This document shows, in pieces, positions 39,340 through 46,962 of a DNA stretch of 46,962 nt; position 1 is the stretch's first letter, and every line of letters starts with the position of its first letter. Location of the stretch: assembly GCA_000934665.2 (NCBI GenBank), contig JYFJ02003043.1, positions 1 to 46,962 on the forward strand, given 5' to 3'. The notes under the pieces were generated by a model. It saw nothing but the letters and a program-made list of their open reading frames with translations, was not told the DNA's origin and did no database searches. The position numbers and the translations under genes are program-made. The DNA is from Catajapyx aquilonaris (taxonomy: Eukaryota).

Positions 39340-41152
39340 ATGAAACTCTTCCATAATTTTTGTGCCATTTTTGCACTGGTGCTCTTGAAACTTCAAGAGT
39401 CTGATGCCAGCGTCATCCAAGTTCAAGGCATGCCGGAGAAGGTAGGCATATAGGCCCTATTCAACTTGAACCATGTCTTTTCTTCATCGTACCTTACCAA
39501 TGAAGTAAGTTTATAGTTATACCAGTACATGAAATTTTTTATTTCAGATCAGTAGCAGCCTGCAAGGTCAGAGTTATAGTGATTCGGGTAAGACAGTTTC
39601 CAAACAATGCAGCAGCTTTTAGTATGCACTCGATAGTTACTAACTTGTACAGTACATGTATAGAAGCAAGAGGGTATATTCGCTCTTGATGCAAGTGACA
39701 ACATACATGTGAAATATTTACATTAAAGAGACATACAAGATCGAGATGGGGGTCACGATGGCTTAGGTGCGACTCCGGCTCACCTCTCCCGTAGAATACA
39801 GTATACGTACACGTCATCGCGACCACCATCTCGATCTCGTCTGGTCCTGATTATATAATATGTGAGTGAATGTACAAGCAGTACAAATAAAACGTCATGC
39901 TCTCTATAATTTGTATGTAATTTCATATTATTTTGTGGCAGAGAGATATGCCCCCAGAAGTTGCGCCGAAATTCAGCTCTCAGGACAACATCGAGTCAGT
40001 GGGGTATACACGATTCAAATATTTGAAAAAGAACTCGAGGTAAGAGACCTATTTTTTGATACAAGCAAAGACTGTACGTCGTAAAAGTAATTTTTCACCG
40101 AAAGAGTGAGCCTAAATAGATGAACACCCAAAGTATTGTTGAATGACTTCAGGTGTACTGCGACCTGGAGACTGACGGTGGAGGCTGGACAGTGTTCCAA
40201 CGCCGAGCAGATTTCCCCCCTCCTATAAATTTCTTCAGAAATTGGGCATCCTACAAGACTGGATTTGGGAACCTCGACAGGGAATTCTGGCTGGGTAAGA
40301 ATAGCTGATAAGTTGGGGGAAAAAATGGCATTTCCGAATATGGGAACCCAAAAATAAGTAATATTAGCAATGTGTTTTGATTTCCTGCCACAGGTCTGGA
40401 CAACATCAACTCCCTGTCGTCGTATGAACCTTCTTCGTTGAGAGTCGATCTGGGCGATTTTGAAGGCGGAAAGCGATACGCCAAATATTCGCTTTTCCAC
40501 GTATCAGACGAAGGAGACAAATACAGGCTCTTGGTGGAAGGATTCTCTGGCGATGCAGGCAAGTCGTCAGGTCGTACGATACATGGATTATTAATTCTGC
40601 TGCTTTGTACAACCGGAGCTAATCGCATGCGATGTAGTCAATGTAAATACTTGCTTTCACTTTTTAATAGGAACCACCAGCAGGAACTTGCACCATAAAT
40701 ATTATTGGACTATTGCAAAATAGGTGTCCCGCTCTGATATCATTGTTTTTGACAAGCTAATACCCTTACGTATACATTTTGATTCCAGGTGACTCTTTAG
40801 CCTACCAAAATGGGCAACAGTACTCCACTATGGATAGCGACAATGATGCTGCTACGGTCAACTGTGCTCTCCTGTATTCTGGTGCATGGTGGTACAATTC
40901 TTGTCACGCGGTTAGTTAGCTTGCAAATCGCCAAGTCTTATTTTTCGCATGTAATTTGTAGTAGGGATGTGCATTATCACAGTAATAATTCTTTATGCAT
41001 TTCAGTGCAATTTAAATGGAAAGTACCTGCGTGGTAACCACACAACATATGCTGACGGCGTGGAGTGGTCTACATGGCACGGGCAATACTATTCCCTCAA
41101 AAACACAGAAATGAAGATGCGCCCTGTGGACTTTCCTACCCCCGAAACATAA
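39340..41152 (+). CDS. Secreted fibrinogen-domain lectin FReD-8, 7 exons, GC-AG intron 5
   Basis: CCAAT, GGGCGG and TATA upstream. [11 protein letters not shown] signal peptide; donor G|GCAAGT at 40559; [13 protein letters not shown]. Confidence 0.9.
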
Positions 41153-41692
41153 AGGTGTTCCTCGAGTGTTCATATTAAAATACGAATCAAAATAAATTGT
41201 AGATGTTACTTTGAAACATTATGAAGTGTGGAGTGAATCATTTTATTGCTTACATTCTTTTACTGGCTGGACACTGTAATAACTTTGCAACTCGTTTTTC
41301 ACTATATCTTGCAATTATTAGTCAGAGGACGGACTGACCCTCATTATTCATTAGGTTAATGATTCCTTTTTCTCCCTGTATTTTTTCACGAGAAAAGTAT
41401 ATGAAAATGCGGCCTACGCAATGATTCAATCGACACTTCAAACAGACAATCGCAAACGAGATGGTCGCAAGTGTAACTTTAAAACCGGATACCTCTGTAC
41501 AGTAGTGATAATGACAGACATTAGTGCGATTTGCAAAATTCAATTTAAAGTTACAATGATAGTTACCTAGCTCTTACCGAAATCTTATCCGGGTGTCTCA
41601 TAGAAGCTGCATAAAAATCGTGTGCAGTGCCGTATGAGGGCCATTTCACTAGTGGACATTATTATTGGGCACTCTTTGAGCTGCAGCGAAAA

Positions 41693-42485
41693 ATGCAACT
41701 CTGTTGATGTTTCCATGTCATCATGGCATTCACCTTCATGAACTTTGTGACTGGCGCCAGATTATGGCGTCATCCAAGTTCAAGGTCCGCTGGAGAAGGT
41801 AGGCATATTTAATTTACCGTACCGAACATTGCGCATTTTTCTTCATCGTACCTTACCAATGAACTAGTTTAGTTATCCCAGTAGGCCTACATTAAAAATA
41901 TCATTTCAGATCAGTAGCAGCCTGCAACGTCAGAGTTACAGTGATTCAGGTAAGACAGTTTCCAAACAATGCAGCATCTTTAAGTAGAGTATGAACTCTA
42001 TAGAACTTTATGCTATACATCAATACATGTAGAAGCAAGAGGGTATATTCGCTCATGATGTGTACAACTCTCCTTCCCATCATGCAATACTTTTATGTGT
42101 TAATTTCCCATTGGCTGATGTTTAGTTTTCCCATCATGCATTGCAATTTTCGTACACCTGTACGTATAAACCTTGCGTGCATGTTAATCGGGGCCTTTGG
42201 CTGCCATGTACTTTGATATGCCACTGGTCACTCCCTCTCACTTGTACCTATGTACAGTTCCTTTTTTCTCCCTTGCAAGCGAATAAAACACAGACCACAT
42301 AAGCCTCTGTTTGCTTCATGCATCCCCGCTACTGTCACAGTGTGAATGCTCTTGCCATGGTGTAAGCATTAGTGCTGATAAATTATTGCCAAGGTTTCTC
42401 CAAGGGAGCGAGAATGTGGTTAATTAATTTTCATATTCTGATTTTTCAGTCCAACTCAAATGGTAATAATTATTTGCGAACCACA
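41693..42485 (+). pseudogene. Chimeric FReD pseudogene
   Basis: ATG CAA CTC TGT TGA gives a stop at codon 5. Exon 2 resembles FReD-8, then an LTR-like segment, then a FReD-4/5-type exon-6 end, intron 6 and exon-7 start. Confidence 0.8.
42061..42339 (+). mobile_element. LTR-like segment without a TSD
   Basis: TGT...TGTCACA ends, with internal GTATAAA (~42164) and AATAAA (~42282). Confidence 0.5.
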
Positions 42486-42661
42486 ATTTATAAATAATCG
42501 TGCTTGCCAGTCCGCACCAGTCAATTCGGACAGAAAGGATGTGACGTCACGCCGGCGCCGTACGGCCTTAATCATAGACGTATAAATACTTTACTCAATC
42601 AAGACCTTGACTTTACTAACCGGCCGTAATAAATAAATTGATTACTGCCGTATTTCTAATT

Positions 42662-42746
42662 GTTTTATAAAACCGACCGGAGTTGTCGCCACCTACGATT
42701 TTTCCCCACCCCCTCGCGTGCGCTTGACCCGTGACTCTGATACACC
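42662..42746. repeat. Dispersed repeat with an inverted copy at ~44121-44207
   Basis: ccggagttgtcgccacctacgatttttccccacccc is matched in reverse complement by ggggtggggaaaaatcgtaggtgatggcgacactccgg in FReD-9 intron 4. Confidence 0.75.
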
Positions 42747-43220
42747 TTGTATATTATTATTGTTAACCATAACACATTTCTAATTCACGTAAGTTTCCTA
42801 CAAAAAACAAAGTTGACACTGTTTAGATCTAAAGATTTCCTCCCACTAGGATGCACCGTTAACATTGCCAACCGACACACTTTTATTGAAGCCCATTTTT
42901 GCAATATTTTCTGACGTTGCTTATAACTCCGTGAACGCAATTAAGCAATGTCTCAACCACACTCACAAAAATAAGCCTAAATTTATGGCTACGGCAAGCT
43001 TAACAGAAAGCAGGTTACATTTTTATATAAGTTGCAGGTGCCGTCTTAGAAATGTGCCGCGGTATGATGAAGTCATCCTGAGTGAACTCCGCCCAACTCC
43101 TCCCTTATTTACCCAGAAGAGTAAGCTTATCCTGAATAAGCTACATGGCTTTACATATTCCTATATAAACTGCATGATGGGTTACTGTGGTATGAGAGCA
43201 GTTCAAGCTGAAGCTGAAGA

Positions 43221-45931
43221 ATGGAGCGTCCTGGCTGTTTCCATGTCTTCATTGCATTAGCGATCCTACTGAAACTTCAGGTGTCATCTGGTGACGATGG
43301 AAACGTTACAGACACTTCCAACACTTCAGTCACTTCAAACACTTCAGACCCTTCAGACCCTTCAGACCAGGTAATGTCCTTTCGCCATATTCTCTACGAA
43401 TTAATTGAGCTATTAACCAACATCATTATTTTTCAGATCGTGAGAAGCATGCAAGGACAAGGTAAGGAAACTTTGCAGCAAGGGGCCTTATTACTATGAG
43501 TAAGATTTCATGTGTTTCAACGTGTCGTGAATATATTGTACATGTTTTTCTGAATGTAGGGAACATTAATCTTGTTTGATAATGATTTAATTTTTATGAC
43601 AGCAAGTTATTCAAGTTGCGCCGAATTGCAATTGGCCGGACGTCGATCCAGCGGGATATACATGATTCAGTTACTTTCCAAGGAAGTTGAGGTGAATATT
43701 TGGCTGTAACAGAATGATACGATATCCACAGTGTCCATTTTGACAGTAATATGTGGAAGGTGGTCCACGCTATTGTTACGTGATGGTGCTTGGTAACAAT
43801 CTGGAATGATAATTATGTTACTCAGAATGTTTATTTGGCCGCTATCGAGTACTGAAGTACAATAAATTTCTTATTTAGAGGGCTGCACTTTCAGGTGTAT
43901 TGTGATCTGGAAACTGAATCTGGAGGCTGGACAGTGTTCCAACGAAGGGACGAAGGGACGCCTTCTTTGGATTTTTACAGAGAATGGTCTTACTACAAAA
44001 CTGGATTTGGTGATCGTGACTGGGAATTCTGGCTTGGTAAGGATATTCATTATAATTATGTTGGTTCCAGCATCCAGTAAGCCATTGTTGTGGACACCCG
44101 AAACGAATAATTACTTCATACAGTGTGTTTCAGTGTCAAGGGGCAAGCGCGCGCGATGGGGTGGGGAAAAATCGTAGGTGATGGCGACACTCCGGTAGGT
44201 TTTATAATACGTATATCAAAAATAGCAATACTGTAGAGGACAATAAGGTGCATACACATGGAAAAATATGCCCTGATAATAATCAGCTCTGATTTTAAAA
44301 TCCCCCAGGTCTGGACAACATCCACGCCTTGGTGTCAATGGCACCTTCTTCGTTGAGAGTCGAACTGGAAGATTTTGATGGCCAAAAGCGAATCGCCAAA
44401 TACTCGCGTTTCTACATAAAAGACGAAGCAAACAACTACAGGCTTTCGGTGGCAGGATACTCTGGCGATGCGGGTATGTTATTGTAAACTTATTGCGCAT
44501 TAGAAAAAATACGGTAGGCGAGTTTCGAAGGGAACTCAATTTTTTTGCCGCGAAACACGCCATTAATTTGAAAAATCACGAATAAGGTGCCCTGCGCAAA
44601 TGTTTGGCCTTTACAATGGTACCACACTCGATATGATTGCATTAAAATACATTGTGGACATACGGGCACAAAAGCGTGCCCGACTTTGTCGCGTTTCCTG
44701 CCGCCATCGCCATGTTATTCAAACATACTATAGTGGCACACCAGCGCTAAACTGACATGTATGTCTCGCTTTATATAATGGAGCTGGGCTTTTCGGGAAC
44801 GCCATTTTCCTCACACTTCAACTCGATGTAAAGGTCATTTCTAGGCCGAAAATGAAAAAAAAACGAATAAGGTGCCCTGGGTCAGATCATGTTCTATTTT
44901 TTGGTGCAATTTTTGTGTCGATTACACCATTTTTACGGCCGTACGGCCACAGAAGCGTAGACATGTCGAATCCCCATAAGCTGCTTATGCATAGGCAGCT
45001 TTATATGGGGATTCGACATGTCTACATTTCTGTGGCCGTAGGATCGCAAAAATGGTTCAATCGACAAGAATTCACACCAAAAAATTGAACATGATCTGGC
45101 GGAGTGCTGCACCTAGTTTGTCTTTTTTCCATTTTCAGCCTAGAAGTGACCTTTACAGCAAGTTGAAGTTCGTGGAAAATGGCGTCTCCGAAAAGTCCAT
45201 TTGATTAACATGGCGGACGGAATCGCGTGAAAAGCGGACATATTTCTGTGGCCGTATGTCCACAATTTTAACGCTATCATGTCGAGTATGATATCATTGT
45301 AAAGGCCAAGCCTTTGCGCAGGTGCCCTAGTTCGTGTTTTTCCAGATTAACGCCGCGTTTCGCCACAAATAATAACGTTCCCTCAAAAATGCGCCTACCG
45401 TACTTTTGCTAATGTGATTAAAATGTCCCTTTCGAGTAGTATGCATAATGCAAAATCAATTTTACAATCGACACCAACATTGAGTTTAGTGAGACATTAT
45501 CACTTAGCAGAAAGATGTATATTCTGAAAGTAGTACCATCCTAACTCCCCTTTCAGGCGATTCTTTAGCTTATAGTAATCGGCAACAGTTCAGCACTTTC
45601 GATCGCGACAACGATGACTGGAGTAGTATTAACTGCGCAGCGAGGAATTCGGGTGCATGGTGGTACAAGAGTTGCACGCAGGTTAGTGTGCTTGTGGATA
45701 CCATGACCAGATTGCTCCTTTTATTTCATGGCTCCAGATTCGACGACTGCTTATTACATAACAATCTTTTAACTGTTGCAGTCCAACCTTAACGGGAAGT
45801 ACCGGCGAGGCTATCAATCATCAAAGATTGACGGTGTGAATTGGTATACATGGCGTGGGAGTGAGTATTCCCTCAAAAAGACAGAAATGAAGATACGTCC
45901 TACGGATTTCCTCTCCTACTGGTCTCCGTAA
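43221..45931 (+). CDS. Secreted fibrinogen-domain lectin FReD-9, 7 exons
   Basis: Exons 43221-43370, 43437-43461, 43603-43691, 43895-44036, 44309-44473, 45557-45681 and 45782-45931; [13 protein letters not shown]. Confidence 0.9.
44496..45416. mobile_element. ~920-bp foldback non-autonomous DNA transposon in FReD-9 intron 5
   Basis: Imperfect inverted arms over the whole length (cattagaaaaaatacggtaggcg / cgcctaccgtacttttgctaatg), centred at ~44988. Absent from FReD-6 intron 5. Confidence 0.85.
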
Positions 45932-46962
45932 ATGATGGAATATCATGTCAGGTTTCTTTTAGCAATTAATTTACCTTTTTCTGCACCTATTATTGGATTA
46001 ATTTCTTGCACACTGTAGGTGCTCATAATGAAGAAAATAATAACTCCAGCACAGCATAGGTGAAATATAATTATGTAATAGGTACAGGTACTATGGCAAA
46101 TAACGTATCAGTTAGTGTTCATGATTTCTTTGAAACATGTGCTGCACAAATATGACTGTATTTAGGAGAATGAATAAAAGCTATGGCCAACATGTTGCCA
46201 TTTCTGAATTCAAATTTATTAACTAAGCTACGGTACAGTAAGTGGAAATGTACTGCTAATCTGCTATGATGGAATTAGGTTAATTAATATGCACATCAGG
46301 TTCATCCACATGCACCACTAGTTGACTAGAAACCTTTGATGCAACATTAATACAAGTAAGTTGCATTATTAGTATTTGAAGCCGGTGATGCGTTGAGTAG
46401 ATGAGGGGTTATTAGCTGTATTTATGGTGCAGGATTTTTCCAGAATCTGAGTACCACTTTTTAATTAATTAAACCAATGAAAACAATATTACTTTGTTCA
46501 TCTAATAAATAATATCATGACACCGCATCTTATCCTGAAATCACCATTCTGTATGCATGCAGTTGCCCCAGAACATACTATGTGCAATTAGATCAAAAAC
46601 TTTCCCTTCAGTAAAAAAAAGAGAAGTAAGACCTCCGCGGCGGAATAAAAGTACTGAAACAAGGCAGGCGCACGTAAGGCCTTCACCAATTGATTTAAGC
46701 TGTACCATAGGTCTTACTCAAGCAATTACCAATTTACTACTCATGAAATCTCCTTTCTGAAAACAAATTTGTGGAATTTCTGTCGTACTACTAGCTACTT
46801 CTAACTTAGCAGTACCAGTGTAGTGCAATGGTATACTGCTAAGTTAGCAGTAACTACAGACCTAGAGTTAATAGTAATAGTAGTACGACGAAATTTCCAC
46901 CCATTCATTTTCCATGAGCCACTCCATATTAGTGTTTTATGAAATTAGGAACTTCAATATTA

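Noticed and set aside
40015..40628. Minus-strand ORFs of 125-161 aa (similar ones at 37019-37432 and 38259-38639)
   Set aside because: Antisense shadows of FReD exons 4-5.
15510..45931. A single Dscam-like gene with mutually exclusive exon clusters
   Set aside because: The exons are arranged as complete gene units, each with its own signal peptide and stop and nearly all with their own promoter, not as clusters of variant exons. Cross-gene splicing is phase-compatible but unsupported.
46795..46855. Hairpin ctaacttagcagta...tactgctaagttag as an ncRNA or miRNA
   Set aside because: More likely the centre of a MITE cut by the window edge; no other support.

Overview
Eukaryotic, intron-rich genomic DNA with short GT-AG introns, most likely from a hexapod arthropod (inferred from OBP-type genes). 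From 5' to 3' it holds: (1) two tandem odorant-binding-protein-like genes, the first 5'-partial; (2) a compact housekeeping block: VPS36 (+), UFM1 (-) with an intronless FANCF-like ORF nested on the same strand in its second coding intron, a ZNF511-like gene (+) head-to-head with UFM1, a GNAT/glycine-N-acyltransferase-like gene (-) and a two-exon ankyrin-repeat gene (+); (3) a ~30 kb same-strand array of secreted fibrinogen-domain lectin genes (FReD, tachylectin-5/FIBCD1-like) with nine intact-looking copies, one orphan promoter plus exon 1 and three pseudogene remnants, interrupted by a 5'-truncated, intron-containing PIAS fragment and by MITEs, foldbacks and solo LTRs. The most notable signals are the UFM1/FANCF-like unit, where splicing predicts a truncated-UFM1 uORF in frame with the FANCF-like ORF, and the diversifying FReD array. 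All exon models and family calls were made by eye from motifs; no database searches were run.
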